Origin: an uncultured delta proteobacterium
Lineage (GTDB): Bacteria > Myxococcota > Myxococcia > Myxococcales > Myxococcaceae
DNA length: 64,000 nt
Assembly (NCBI GenBank): GCA_963771175.1
Contig: CAVYSY010000057.1
Span: 1-64,000, forward strand
Direction of reading: 5' to 3'
This document shows, piece by piece, positions 30,558 through 40,217 of this stretch (its first letter is position 1; every line of letters begins with the position of its first letter). Below the pieces are notes generated by a model that saw only the letters and a program-made list of their open reading frames with translations, was not told the origin of the DNA and searched no databases. Made by a program: the position numbers and the translations under genes.

Positions 30558-31529
30558 TCACTGTCCGGTCAGCAGCCGGCGCAGCCGCTCCGAGCCCCGG
30601 AGCTGACTCATCCGCCCCGGCTCACTCGCCGGCTGGACGACCAGCCGCTCGAGCAGCTCGCGCGTGGCGCGGCGCAGCGGGGGGAGGGCCGGCTTCAGTC
30701 CCTCGGCCGTCTCGGGGAAGAGCCGCCCGATGATGGACAGCGAAGTGTAGAGGGCGCGCTCCAACCGCCACGCCTTCGCCCGCTCCAGCAGGGCCGGCAC
30801 GTCCAGCGGGCGCGAGTAGAGGCTGCCCATCGACGTGGCCCCCGTCACCAACTCGCGCAGGTCCAGGTAGGACAGCCAGGGCACCTGGTAGCCCTGGCGC
30901 GCATGGTCCAGGCAGACGAGCAGCACCGCGTCCTCCAGGTCCGGGCGGAACATGGAGGGGCCATACATCTTCATGGGCTTCGCGCGGTCGAAGAGGCCCT
31001 GCACCTCGGTGCGGCGCTCGGAGCCGAGCACATCCGCGTAGAGGTAGATGGGGGTACGGCCGTCGGACAGCACCTTGACCGCGCCCTGGGCGGGCTCGTC
31101 CGGCTCCGGGCGGAACTCGTGCTGGGCGAGGTAGCCGGTGAAGGGCTCCACGTCCATGCGCCGCAGCAGCAGTTGAATCTCCAACACCGGGCGGAAGCCC
31201 ACGTGCGGGTAGAGCACATCGGCGAAGGACGCGCCGCCCAGCACCAGCACCTTGCGGCCCTCCAGCTCGTCCACGCTGCGCTTGAAGTTGACGAGCTTCA
31301 TCACGTTGTCGTTGACCGAGCCCGTGTAGATGCTCAGCAACCTGTCTCTCGCCCACTCCGGCGCGTCCGCTCCGGTCAGGCGGTACTCGAGGTTGTAGGA
31401 GGCCAGGGGCGCCAGGCCCTGCGCGATGGCCCAGTCCACGTAGTCCTCCCACGGTGCCCCGCGCAGCGAGCCGCGCGGCGGGTTGAACGAGGCAAGGACG
31501 CGGAAGGTGTCGAGGAGGCTGATCGCCAT
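30558..31529 (-). CDS. Nucleotidyltransferase-family protein (NTP_transf_5-like), degenerate catalytic motif
   Basis: WEDYVDWAIAQGLAP, VLGGASFADVLYP..RPVLEIQLLL, YLDLREL; parallels the 33045-34082 protein. Confidence 0.7.
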   Translation of the reverse strand: MAISLLDTFRVLASFNPPRGSLRGAPWEDYVDWAIAQGLAPLASYNLEYRLTGADAPEWARDRLLSIYTGSVNDNVMKLVNFKRSVDELEGRKVLVLGGASFADVLYPHVGFRPVLEIQLLLRRMDVEPFTGYLAQHEFRPEPDEPAQGAVKVLSDGRTPIYLYADVLGSERRTEVQGLFDRAKPMKMYGPSMFRPDLEDAVLLVCLDHARQGYQVPWLSYLDLRELVTGATSMGSLYSRPLDVPALLERAKAWRLERALYTSLSIIGRLFPETAEGLKPALPPLRRATRELLERLVVQPASEPGRMSQLRGSERLRRLLTGQ

Positions 31530-31611
31530 GGCGTCGGAGCTTTAACGACTCTCACGCACAAGGCGCAATCGGAAGCCGGTGGTACCTGTCGGACCGCGAC
31601 ACCCGGGCGCA

Positions 31612-31648
31612 CTGTCCGGAAATGGGAACCCCTGTCCGGATATGGGAA
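31612..31648. promoter_or_regulatory. Tandem direct repeat, putative regulator site
   Basis: CTGTCCGGA[A/T]ATGGGAA twice (31612-31628, 31632-31648), period 20, between divergent genes. Confidence 0.5.
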
Positions 31649-31719
31649 GCACTGATGGCTCGCATGCATGCTGAGAATAGGAGTGGACTGGAGCAGGTTC
31701 GGCGGCCTTTTTTCCAGGC

Positions 31720-33036
31720 ATGAGCCAACCCTCCTCTCCTGCCCTGGCCTCCGAGGCGCGTCCCATCGACACCTCCGAGCGACTCGCCCTGCTCGACATC
31801 CTGCGCGGCTTCGCGCTGTGCGGCATCTTCGTGTCGAACGTCGCCATGTGGTTCAGCGGCCGCGCCTTCATTCCGCGCGCGCAGGCAGAGGCCGCCAGGG
31901 CCTCGGCGTCCGCCCTGGACACCGCCACCATGCATGGCGTCCAGATGCTGGTGTTCGGGAAGTTCATCACCATCTTCTCGTTCCTCTTCGGCCTGGGCTT
32001 CTCCGTGCAGATGTTCCGCGCCGAGGCGCGCGGGGCCGCCATCGCTCCGCTCTACGTGCGGCGACTGTGCGTGATGATGCTGCTCGGCGCCGTGCACCTG
32101 CTGGCGCTCTGGTTCGGCGACATCCTCACCATTTACGCGACGCTGGGCTTCGCGCTGCTCCTGTTCCGCGAGCGCACCGACAAGACGCTGCTCGTCTGGG
32201 CCGCCCTGTTCATCTTCGTCGCGCCGATGGCCGTCATGGGCCTCATGCACTTCCTGCCCCTGCTGATGGGCGGCGGCGCGGAGAGCGCGGCGGAAGCGGC
32301 CAAGGCCGCCATGGAGCGCGCCACCCAGATGAAGGCCCAGGTGCTGGAGGCCCTCACGGGCGGCACGTACCTCGAGGTCGTCCGCGTCAACGCCCACTAC
32401 TACTTCGGCGAGTTCATCAAGCCGCTGCTGGTCGTGATGATCTCCATCCTCGGCCGGTTCCTGCTCGGGTTCATGGCCGGGCGGCGGCGCCTCTTCCATG
32501 ACGCGCCCCAGCACCTGCCCTTCTTCCGCAAGCTGCTCGGGTGGGGCCTCCTCGCCGGAGTGCTCACCAGTGGCATCGGATTCCTGCTGCAGTACCTGAT
32601 GCACCAGAAGATGCTCGACCCCCAGACGCCGTGGCTCATGTTCATGCAACCGGTGCGGCAGTTCAACGAGCTGGGCCTCGCCGCCTTCTACGTGTCGGGA
32701 CTCGTGCTCCTCTTCCAGCGGCCGGCGTGGCAGAGGCTGCTGCTGGTGCTCGCCCCGGCGGGCCGCATGGCGCTGACGAACTACCTGAGCCAGACGGTGC
32801 TCAGTCTCCTCCTCTTCTACGGCTTCGGGCTGGGCCTCATCGGGAAGGTGGGCCCCGCGGCGACCCTCGGGCTCACCCTGGCCATCTTCTGCGTGCAGGT
32901 GGCCTTCAGCCACTGGTGGCTGGCGCGCTTCCGCTTCGGCCCCGCCGAGTGGGTGTGGCGCTCGCTGACGTACGGGAAGGCCCAGCCGATGCGCCTGCCC
33001 GCGGCTCCCGACAGCGCGCCCGGGGCCGCGGCCTGA
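31720..33036 (+). CDS. DUF418 (YeiB-like) membrane protein
   Basis: LDILRGFALCGI, KFITIFSFLFGLGF, GDILTIYA, GRMALTNYL, RFGPAEWVWRSLTYG. Confidence 0.92.
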   Translation: MSQPSSPALASEARPIDTSERLALLDILRGFALCGIFVSNVAMWFSGRAFIPRAQAEAARASASALDTATMHGVQMLVFGKFITIFSFLFGLGFSVQMFRAEARGAAIAPLYVRRLCVMMLLGAVHLLALWFGDILTIYATLGFALLLFRERTDKTLLVWAALFIFVAPMAVMGLMHFLPLLMGGGAESAAEAAKAAMERATQMKAQVLEALTGGTYLEVVRVNAHYYFGEFIKPLLVVMISILGRFLLGFMAGRRRLFHDAPQHLPFFRKLLGWGLLAGVLTSGIGFLLQYLMHQKMLDPQTPWLMFMQPVRQFNELGLAAFYVSGLVLLFQRPAWQRLLLVLAPAGRMALTNYLSQTVLSLLLFYGFGLGLIGKVGPAATLGLTLAIFCVQVAFSHWWLARFRFGPAEWVWRSLTYGKAQPMRLPAAPDSAPGAAA

Positions 33037-33044
33037 CGTCGGCT

Positions 33045-34082
33045 TCACCGCGAGCGCAGCGCCGCGAGCCCATCCTCCCGCAGTCGGCGCGCGGTGTAGC
33101 GCGCCATGGGCAGCAGTCGCGGCGCGAGCAGCAGTTTCGCCGCCACCCACGCCGGCTTGTGGTTCATCAACTCCGTCTCCAGCAGCCGCTCCGCGGTGAA
33201 GAAGCGCGTGGCCAACAATCGCTGCCACGCCGGTGGAGCCAACGCGGCTAGCGCCTCGTCCGGCACCGCCGCCCCCACCAGCCGCCGCGCCGCATCCAGC
33301 GCGTACCACGCGAGGTGCGGGAAGGCCGTCCCCCGGGCCACCTCCACCACGCGTTCCCAGTCCAGCTCCGGGTGCGCCCGCACCAGCAGCTTCAGGTCGA
33401 ACAGCCACGACAGCCGCTGCAGCAGGTGGTTGCTCGCGTGGAGCGCGAGGTAGACGAGCTCGTCCTCGGCGCGCAGGTAACGCACGCGCCGGCCCTCCAG
33501 CTCGGCCTCCTCCGCGCGGACCAGCAGCGCCTCCGCCTCCAGCGCCTGCCCGTACCCCACCAGGGCGCGGAAGTGCAGCTCCACCAGTCCCGCCACGCCG
33601 GAGAAGGTCAGGTGGTGCTCGTGCTCCCGTGCGTGCGCCGCCTCCCGCTCGTCGAGCGCTCTCAACCCCAGCCCCACCAGGGCACGCGACGCCGCGCCCA
33701 ATTCCGCGTCCGCCACCAGCAGGTCCACGTCCGAGGTGGCCCGCTGCAGGGGCTCCGGGTAGAGGCGCACGGCCAGCCCATGCCCCTTGAGCAGCACCGG
33801 CACCACGCCCACGGCGGCCAGCGCCTCCAGGCTTCGCAGCAGCAGTGCCTTCACCTTCATGCCCCGAGCGGCCTGGCCCAGGGTCTCGCGGCGCAGGCGG
33901 GTGCGCACCGCCTCCTCCAGCGTCCAGCCCGAGCGCCCCAGCGCATGCTGCACGAAGCCCGCGAGCCCATGCCGGGCCGCCGCGTGGACCAGGGCCTCCA
34001 CATCCGAGGGCACCGGACCCTCCGGGGCCTCCGGCCAGGCGCGGAGCACGTCCAGCAGCGCCCTCGCGCCCACGCCACTCAC
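33045..34082 (-). CDS. Nucleotidyltransferase-family protein (NTP_transf_5)
   Basis: VLLKGHGLAVRLYP..QRATSDVDLLV, VELHFR, WLFDL; GTGA overlap with the upstream stop. Confidence 0.85.
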   Translation of the reverse strand: MSGVGARALLDVLRAWPEAPEGPVPSDVEALVHAAARHGLAGFVQHALGRSGWTLEEAVRTRLRRETLGQAARGMKVKALLLRSLEALAAVGVVPVLLKGHGLAVRLYPEPLQRATSDVDLLVADAELGAASRALVGLGLRALDEREAAHAREHEHHLTFSGVAGLVELHFRALVGYGQALEAEALLVRAEEAELEGRRVRYLRAEDELVYLALHASNHLLQRLSWLFDLKLLVRAHPELDWERVVEVARGTAFPHLAWYALDAARRLVGAAVPDEALAALAPPAWQRLLATRFFTAERLLETELMNHKPAWVAAKLLLAPRLLPMARYTARRLREDGLAALRSR

Positions 34083-35563
34083 TGCCGCAGCGAGACGACG
34101 CGCTTCGGGTTCGCCTCGGCCTGGGCCAGCAGCTTCGCGGCCCGGCTCCCCACCGCGTCCGCCACCAATTCCAAGGTCAGCTCCTCGTCGCGGTTGATCT
34201 CCGAGCGCCCGTCCCCCCAGGAGATGAAGAGGTCGCCGAGCACCTTGTCCCCTCCCTTCACCTCCAGGCGAACCTCCAGCGGCAACTCCGAGCCGGCGGG
34301 CCCCTGCGTCTCGAAGGTGAGGCCCTCCCGGTTGCCCTCGTGTTGGCGCTCGAAGCTCAGCGTCAGGCGCGAGGCGTGGAGCGCCTCCGCCAGCGGGCTC
34401 ACCGCGGTCCAGAGTTCCTTCACCTGGGAGGCCGAGCGCACCGCCTCGGTCACGTTCCTCACCATTGAGCGCATCTGGATGTTCTTGCGCCGCACCTCGC
34501 CCACGCCGCTGGCGCGCCACAGGTCCAGGTAGCCCAGCTTGCGCATCACCACCACCACCACCACCGCCATGCCCGTGAGCAGCATGGCGCTCTGCGCGGT
34601 GTTGGCCCAGTGCAGGCCGAGCGCCGTCAGGGTGAAGAGGACGCACAGGCCGTAGAGCACCAGCACCGCCGCGCGGTGGCTGAGCACCAGCCGGCTCATC
34701 AGCCGGTGGTGGATGTGCTCCTTGTCCGCGCTGAACATGGGCCGACCCAAGAGGGTGCGCCGCACCATGGCCAGCAGCGTGTCCATGATGGGCAGGCCCA
34801 GCGCCATCACCGGCACCAGCATGGCCACCGCGGTGCCGCTCTTGGCGCTCGTCTTGATGGAGACGGCCGCCAGCACGAAGCCCAGGAACATGCTGCCCGT
34901 GTCCCCCATGAAGATGGAGGCCGGGTTGAAGTTGAAGACGAGGAAGCCGAGGATGGCTCCCGCCAGCGCCGCCATGACGAGGCACAGCAGCACGTCCCCC
35001 CGGCTGAGCGCGAGGATGAAGTTGGTGCCCACCCCGAAGAAGGCGACCCCGCCCGCCAGCCCGTCCAGCCCGTCGATGAGGTTGAGCGCGTTGATGACGC
35101 CCACCACCCACAGCACCGTGAAGGGCAGGCTGAGCAACCCCAGCGACAGCTCCGGCCCGAAGGGGTTGGCGAGCAGCTCGATACGGAAGCCGAGCGCGTA
35201 CAGCCCGAGCGCCACCAGGAACTGCACGCCGAACTTCAGCCTCGCGCCCGCGCCGCGCAGGTCGTCATAGAGGCCCAGCACCACCACCACCAGCCCGCCG
35301 CCGAACAGGCCCCACACCAGCGCCGTCTGCGTGTGGAAGTGGCTGCCCACCCTCGAGTCCACGAGGAAGAGCGCGCAGAGGGGCGCGAAGAACCCGCCCA
35401 CGATGCCGATGCCGCCCAGGCGGGGAATGGGGCGGACGTGCACCTTCCGGCTGGAGTTGGCCTGGTCCAACCACCCCCAGGCCAGCGCGCGATCGCGCAC
35501 CACCAGCGTCAGCACCAGTCCCACCACCAGAGCGACGAGGAAGGCAACCAGGTAGGTAATCAT
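34079..35563 (-). CDS. WecA/MraY-family undecaprenyl-phosphate HexNAc-1-phosphate transferase with C-terminal cytoplasmic extension
   Basis: RKVH..PRLGG, GLYDD, NLIDGLDGLAG, NFNPASIFMGDTGS, DKEHIHHRL. Confidence 0.93.
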   Translation of the reverse strand: MITYLVAFLVALVVGLVLTLVVRDRALAWGWLDQANSSRKVHVRPIPRLGGIGIVGGFFAPLCALFLVDSRVGSHFHTQTALVWGLFGGGLVVVVLGLYDDLRGAGARLKFGVQFLVALGLYALGFRIELLANPFGPELSLGLLSLPFTVLWVVGVINALNLIDGLDGLAGGVAFFGVGTNFILALSRGDVLLCLVMAALAGAILGFLVFNFNPASIFMGDTGSMFLGFVLAAVSIKTSAKSGTAVAMLVPVMALGLPIMDTLLAMVRRTLLGRPMFSADKEHIHHRLMSRLVLSHRAAVLVLYGLCVLFTLTALGLHWANTAQSAMLLTGMAVVVVVVMRKLGYLDLWRASGVGEVRRKNIQMRSMVRNVTEAVRSASQVKELWTAVSPLAEALHASRLTLSFERQHEGNREGLTFETQGPAGSELPLEVRLEVKGGDKVLGDLFISWGDGRSEINRDEELTLELVADAVGSRAAKLLAQAEANPKRVVSLRQ

Positions 35564-35689
35564 CTCGACCTCTCCACCCCTAGATACACGCATGGTGGCC
35601 GGGGGGCCGAGGAGCGTCAATGACCGGCGGTGCTACTCATATGTCGCTTATGAGCAGAGCGGACAAACAAACAGCGCAAGAATCATGAC

Positions 35690-35711
35690 TCCCTACCCAA
35701 GCCGAGGGGGC
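35690..35711. repeat. Direct repeat copy 1, TCCCTACCCAAGCCG(A)GGGGGC
   Basis: Matches 38286-38306 (15 bp exact plus GGGGGC). Confidence 0.8.
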
Positions 35712-35824
35712 TGGCCAGGGCCTCCACTTCTTGGGGCGTCGGGCGAAGATGGGACGGGAGGCCAGCACCGGTGTGGCCGGTGTGCGCCCGGATCGGCTCA
35801 GCATGGGGCGTGGGTCCAGAGCAT

Positions 35825-35860
35825 GACACCCACCGGCCTCGTTCGAGGCCGGTGGGTGTC
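35825..35860 (-). terminator. Perfect 16-17 bp hairpin downstream of the heme lipoprotein gene
   Basis: GACACCCACCGGCCTC-GTTC-GAGGCCGGTGGGTGTC; no U-tract. Confidence 0.6.
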
Positions 35861-35942
35861 GGGAGCACTCACCCTAGGGCTCGGGTGGGAGGTTGTCCAC
35901 AGCCACCCGAGGTGGTGAGCCGTGATGCTGTCAGCTCGAGCG

Positions 35943-38150
35943 TCAGTACGCCGCGGACGAGCAGCGGACGTAGTGCTGGTACGACCAGCAGGTGGCGTTC
36001 TTCACCTTGGACCAGTCGGCCTGGGTCCAGATGGTCTGCGCCCAGTCGGCGATCTGGTTGACGAGCGTGGGGTTCACGCCGTGGTACTTGAACTGCGGGA
36101 GCATCCACCAGATGCGATTGCCCAACGAGCCATCGTAGTGGCCGGTAATCGCTTCCGTCCTGCTCGCGCCACCACCGTTCAGCCAATCCGAGACGGCGTA
36201 CTGACGGGTCTTGTCCCACCAGGTGGACAGGAGGGCCTCCATGATGGCTCGCCGCTCGTCGCCGGTGATATCCGACCAGCCCTCCATGAACGAGGGCGAC
36301 ACCAGGCGGCTGAGGTCCCCCGAGAGCTTCGGCGCCCAGCCCGCCGAGTAGGGGGCATTGGGCTTGAGCGTGTTGTCCGAAGTCTGCATGCCCTTCGTCA
36401 GCCACAACGCGAGCAAGGCATTGTTGGGCACGGCCGTGGAGCCGGCGGTCCGCATGCTGATGATGGCACCATGCGTGTAACCCCAGTCGAGCGGCCGCTG
36501 GGCATTGCGGGCCGAGCCGTCCGTATGGTTGCCATTGAAGAGCACCAGGGCCACGTGGTACCAGGCCATGTTGAAGTAGTGGTAGGTGAGCGGGCTGCTA
36601 TCGAGGATGCCCGTTTTGTCCTTCGGCAGCTTGAGGAGGTTGGGTGAGGTGTCGAAGACGCTGTTGGACATCCACCCCCGGGTGTCTCGCGACGAGGGGA
36701 AGAGCTGGCGTTGATGACCCTCGAGGCCGAACTCCTGCATCACCTCCCACATCTTCACCACCTGCCAGAGGGAAGTGTCATAGACCTTGCGCGAGTACTC
36801 GATTGTAGGGTTGGAGACGACGTTCGGAAACCGCGGGCTCAAGAACTCGTAGAGGGCCAGGTTCCAGGCGCGGTGGGGATAGAAGATCGCGGAATTGTAG
36901 TTGGTGTAGCCCGCGGCCTTCACCTTCGCGGCCAGGTCGCGCATGCTGGCGCCGACGCCGGTCGCCGTCCCCTCACCCGCGTAGTACTTGTTGAGCTTGT
37001 GATTGACGAAGGCATCGCCCCAAGCGTCCTTGGGGTGGACGCTCGGCAGCCAGTGGTTCCAGTCCGGGAACTGGAAGTAGATGGGCATCTCGCGCACGCT
37101 GAGGTTCGCCGTCGTGGCGACGGCCGACTTCTGGATGCCGGCCGGGAACAGGTAGCGCAGCAGGTCGCGATCCTTCTCCAGCACCGCGTCCACGCCCGCT
37201 CCGGCCGCCCACACCTCCACGGGCTTGGAGTCGAGCCCCAAGCCGGGCTGGTAGGGCGGGTTCCACGGCCGCCCCGGGTTCTGCACGCCCGGCAGCGTCC
37301 GGATGTAGGAGGCGATCTTCCGGCCCTCGAGCTCCGTGAGGCCATGGAACTTCGCCCGCTCGATGATGGCGTGGTTCGAATAGTTGAAATACTTCAGGTC
37401 CCTGCCGTCCTGGGCATGGCAATCCATGCAGCGGGCGCGGATGGCCACGGGATTCTTGCTGGAGCGCACGAGCTGCCGGGTGTGCCAGAGCCTCCCACCC
37501 TCGGCGATGGAGGTGGCATCCGAGAACGGCGGCAGCCAGGTGGCCGGGGAGTCCTGCGTGAAGGTGGAGTCCGGCAGGACGCGGCTCCCATCGGCCCGGA
37601 GGAGGTTGAGCTTCAGCACCCGGTAGCCGATGGACCTCTCGTCCGTGACGTTGAACCGGAAGGAGATCTGGTTGTCGCCCGCCACCAGCGCGCCGGTGGG
37701 GACGTTCAGCGCCAGCTTCACGGTCGAGAAGACGCCGCCGATGCCCCCGTAGGCCTTCCCGAGCCCCTCGACGGTCACCGTGTTGTTGTTGAGGGGCAGC
37801 CAGGCGCCGGAGTTGAAGCGGACGCTGGCCTTGGTCGCGTAGCTCAGGCTGTGCGCCTGGAGCCAGAGCTTCAGCGGCTGCTGGACGTCCGTAGAGGTCA
37901 GGGAGACCGTGACGGACCGCGTGAAGCCCTCGGGACCGATGACCTCGATGGGCAGGGTGATGGGCGCGGTGAGGGCGGACTCCTGCTGGGCCATTTCACC
38001 CGGGAGCTCCTGCCCATCTGAGTACTCCTGCCCATCTGAGTACTCCGAGGGATCGCTCCCGTCTGGGGGCTGGCACCCGGTGAAGACCAACGAGAAGCCC
38101 AATGAGAGGAATGAGACACAGCGAAGAACTGAGTGTTTTGTTTTGACCAT
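35943..38150 (-). CDS. 735-aa putative lipoprotein with a single CxxCH heme-c motif; function unknown
   Basis: Lipobox VFTGC; RCMDCH; intact ORF; Trp/Tyr-rich C-terminal part. Confidence 0.8.
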   Translation of the reverse strand: MVKTKHSVLRCVSFLSLGFSLVFTGCQPPDGSDPSEYSDGQEYSDGQELPGEMAQQESALTAPITLPIEVIGPEGFTRSVTVSLTSTDVQQPLKLWLQAHSLSYATKASVRFNSGAWLPLNNNTVTVEGLGKAYGGIGGVFSTVKLALNVPTGALVAGDNQISFRFNVTDERSIGYRVLKLNLLRADGSRVLPDSTFTQDSPATWLPPFSDATSIAEGGRLWHTRQLVRSSKNPVAIRARCMDCHAQDGRDLKYFNYSNHAIIERAKFHGLTELEGRKIASYIRTLPGVQNPGRPWNPPYQPGLGLDSKPVEVWAAGAGVDAVLEKDRDLLRYLFPAGIQKSAVATTANLSVREMPIYFQFPDWNHWLPSVHPKDAWGDAFVNHKLNKYYAGEGTATGVGASMRDLAAKVKAAGYTNYNSAIFYPHRAWNLALYEFLSPRFPNVVSNPTIEYSRKVYDTSLWQVVKMWEVMQEFGLEGHQRQLFPSSRDTRGWMSNSVFDTSPNLLKLPKDKTGILDSSPLTYHYFNMAWYHVALVLFNGNHTDGSARNAQRPLDWGYTHGAIISMRTAGSTAVPNNALLALWLTKGMQTSDNTLKPNAPYSAGWAPKLSGDLSRLVSPSFMEGWSDITGDERRAIMEALLSTWWDKTRQYAVSDWLNGGGASRTEAITGHYDGSLGNRIWWMLPQFKYHGVNPTLVNQIADWAQTIWTQADWSKVKNATCWSYQHYVRCSSAAY
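38007..38046. repeat. In-frame 18-bp tandem repeat (EYSDGQ x2.2)
   Basis: CTCCTGCCCATCTGAGTA twice plus CTCC. Confidence 0.9.
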
Positions 38151-38285
38151 TGTTTGGCACTGAAAACATCAGTGCCACGCAATGAACAAGAGACGAGCAG
38201 GCGAGGGAGGGCCCCTCCGCGGGCAGGCTCAGGAAGTGAGGCGTCAGGCTTTCTCCTGTCCAGGTCTCATCATCAGCCGCACTCA

Positions 38286-38306
38286 TCCCTACCCAAGCCG
38301 GGGGGC
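38286..38306. repeat. Direct repeat copy 2, TCCCTACCCAAGCCGGGGGGC
   Basis: Matches 35690-35711. Confidence 0.8.
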
Positions 38307-38308
38307 GA

Positions 38309-39478
38309 TTGGGTAAGACGGGCAGCGTGAACGAGAAGGCTCTGGTACTCGCAGCCAACGCCGTGGCCCGACAGGGAGGCCAGGGCCTCAACCTCCAGCA
38401 CATGGTCGAAGCGCTCCGCGAGGACTTCGAGCTGAGCGTCTTCTGCCGCGATGCGGGCGAGCCTCGCACCCACCGTGTGCCCGCCTCGCGCCTGTCCACG
38501 GCCTTGGGGCGAGTGCCGCTGCTGCGGCGCCGGCGCGACTGGCTGGTGCTGGCGAGCGACCTGCACTTCGACCGCTACGTGGCCTCGCACCTGCCGGCCG
38601 CGGACGTCTTCCTGGGCGTGGTGGGCCAGTGCGCCGAGAGCCTCCAGGCCGCCCGGCGCCGGGGCATGCGCACCGTGCTGGACGTGGTGAACACCCACGT
38701 GGACGACTTCCGCGCCCACGTGGACCGCGAGTCCCGGAAGTTCGGCCTCAAGGGCAACATCGGCCCGGGCATGTACCGGCGCATCCTCACCGAGTACCGC
38801 ACGGCGGACGTGGTGCGGGTGATGTCCGAGCGGTCCAGGCGCACCTTCCTCGCGCGCGGCTTCCCCGAGGAGAAGCTGGTGGTGGCCTCGCCGCCCATGG
38901 AGGTCGGCGAGTTCCCCCAGGCCACCTTCCCCCAGGACGTCTTCCGGGTGAGCTTCGTGGGCCTCATCGAGCCGTGGAAGGGCTTCCACTACCTGCTGGA
39001 AGCCTGGGACGCGCTGAAGCCGAAGGACGCGGAGCTGGTGCTGTGGGGCGGCTCGGGCTCGCGCGCGGCGACGCACATGCTGCGGGACTTCCAGGCGCGC
39101 CACGCCTCCCTCCAGGTGAAGCCGGTGGAGGTGCGCAAGGCGGGCTACGGCGAGGTGTACGGGAAGACGAGCGTGCTGGTGCACCCCTCGCTGGCCGACG
39201 GCTACTCCTACGCGGTGGTGGAGGCCATGGCCAGTGGCGTGCCCGTCATCGTCACCGACAACACCGGCGCGGCGGACCTCGTGGAGGACGGCGTCAACGG
39301 CTACGTCGTCCCCACCGCCGATGCGCGAGCCATCGCCGAGCGGCTGGAGCACCTCCACCGCCACCCGGAGCTGCTGCCGCGCATGGGGGAGAAGGCGCGC
39401 GAGGCCGTGCGCCGCCACCTCACCCCCGAGAACTTCCGGCGCCCGCTCGTCACTCGCATCCAGCAGGCCCTCGCATGA
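38309..39478 (+). CDS. Glycosyltransferase family 4
   Basis: FVGLIEPWKG, HPSLADGYSYAVVEAMASGVPVI. Confidence 0.92.
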   Translation: MGKTGSVNEKALVLAANAVARQGGQGLNLQHMVEALREDFELSVFCRDAGEPRTHRVPASRLSTALGRVPLLRRRRDWLVLASDLHFDRYVASHLPAADVFLGVVGQCAESLQAARRRGMRTVLDVVNTHVDDFRAHVDRESRKFGLKGNIGPGMYRRILTEYRTADVVRVMSERSRRTFLARGFPEEKLVVASPPMEVGEFPQATFPQDVFRVSFVGLIEPWKGFHYLLEAWDALKPKDAELVLWGGSGSRAATHMLRDFQARHASLQVKPVEVRKAGYGEVYGKTSVLVHPSLADGYSYAVVEAMASGVPVIVTDNTGAADLVEDGVNGYVVPTADARAIAERLEHLHRHPELLPRMGEKAREAVRRHLTPENFRRPLVTRIQQALA

Positions 39479-40217
39479 GCACCCCACTCGCCCCCGGCTC
39501 GCCCCTCTCGGACGTCACCGCCGTGCTGCTGTGCGGCGGCAAGGGCGAGCGTCTGCGCCCCTTCACCGAGCACTTCCCCAAGCCCCTGGTGCCCCTCAAC
39601 GGCAAGCCGCTGCTCCAGCACCTGCTGAGCTACCTGTCCCTCCAGGGCGTGCGCCGCTTCGTGCTGTGCACCGGCTACAAGGCCGAGGCCATCGCCCGCT
39701 TCGTGGAGGAGCTGGCCCTGCCCCAGGGGCTCGAGGTGGTGTGCGTGGACTCGGGCGAGGCCGCCAGCATGGCGGACCGCGTGCTGGACGCCCGGAAGCA
39801 TGTGTCGGGCCGGGCACTCATCTGCTACGGAGACACCCTGGCCAACGTGGACCTCGACTCGCTCGCCCGCCGCCACGTGGAGTCCGGTGCCCTGGCCACG
39901 GTGACGGTGTACCCGCTGCGGAGCCCCTATGGCATCGTGTCCCTCGCGGGGACTCGGACCGGGTGGCGGGGCTGCTGGAGAAGCCCGTGCTGCCGTATTG
40001 GATCAACATCGGCTTCATCCTCTGCGAGCCGGCCGCGCTGGATACGATGCGCCGGGGCACGGACCTGGTGACGTTCCTCGCCTCGCTGGCGGAGCGCGGG
40101 GCGGTGCGGGCCCACAAGCACCAGGACAAGCACCTGACGGTGAACACGGAGAAGGAGCGCTCCGAGGCCGAGGGCGAAATCGGGTTCTTCACGCTTCTGG
40201 AAGGGACGGGAACATGA
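39475..40217 (+). CDS. Sugar-1-phosphate nucleotidyltransferase; frameshift near 39945
   Basis: LLCGGKGERLRP..PKPLV, CYGDTL, INIGF. Confidence 0.88.
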
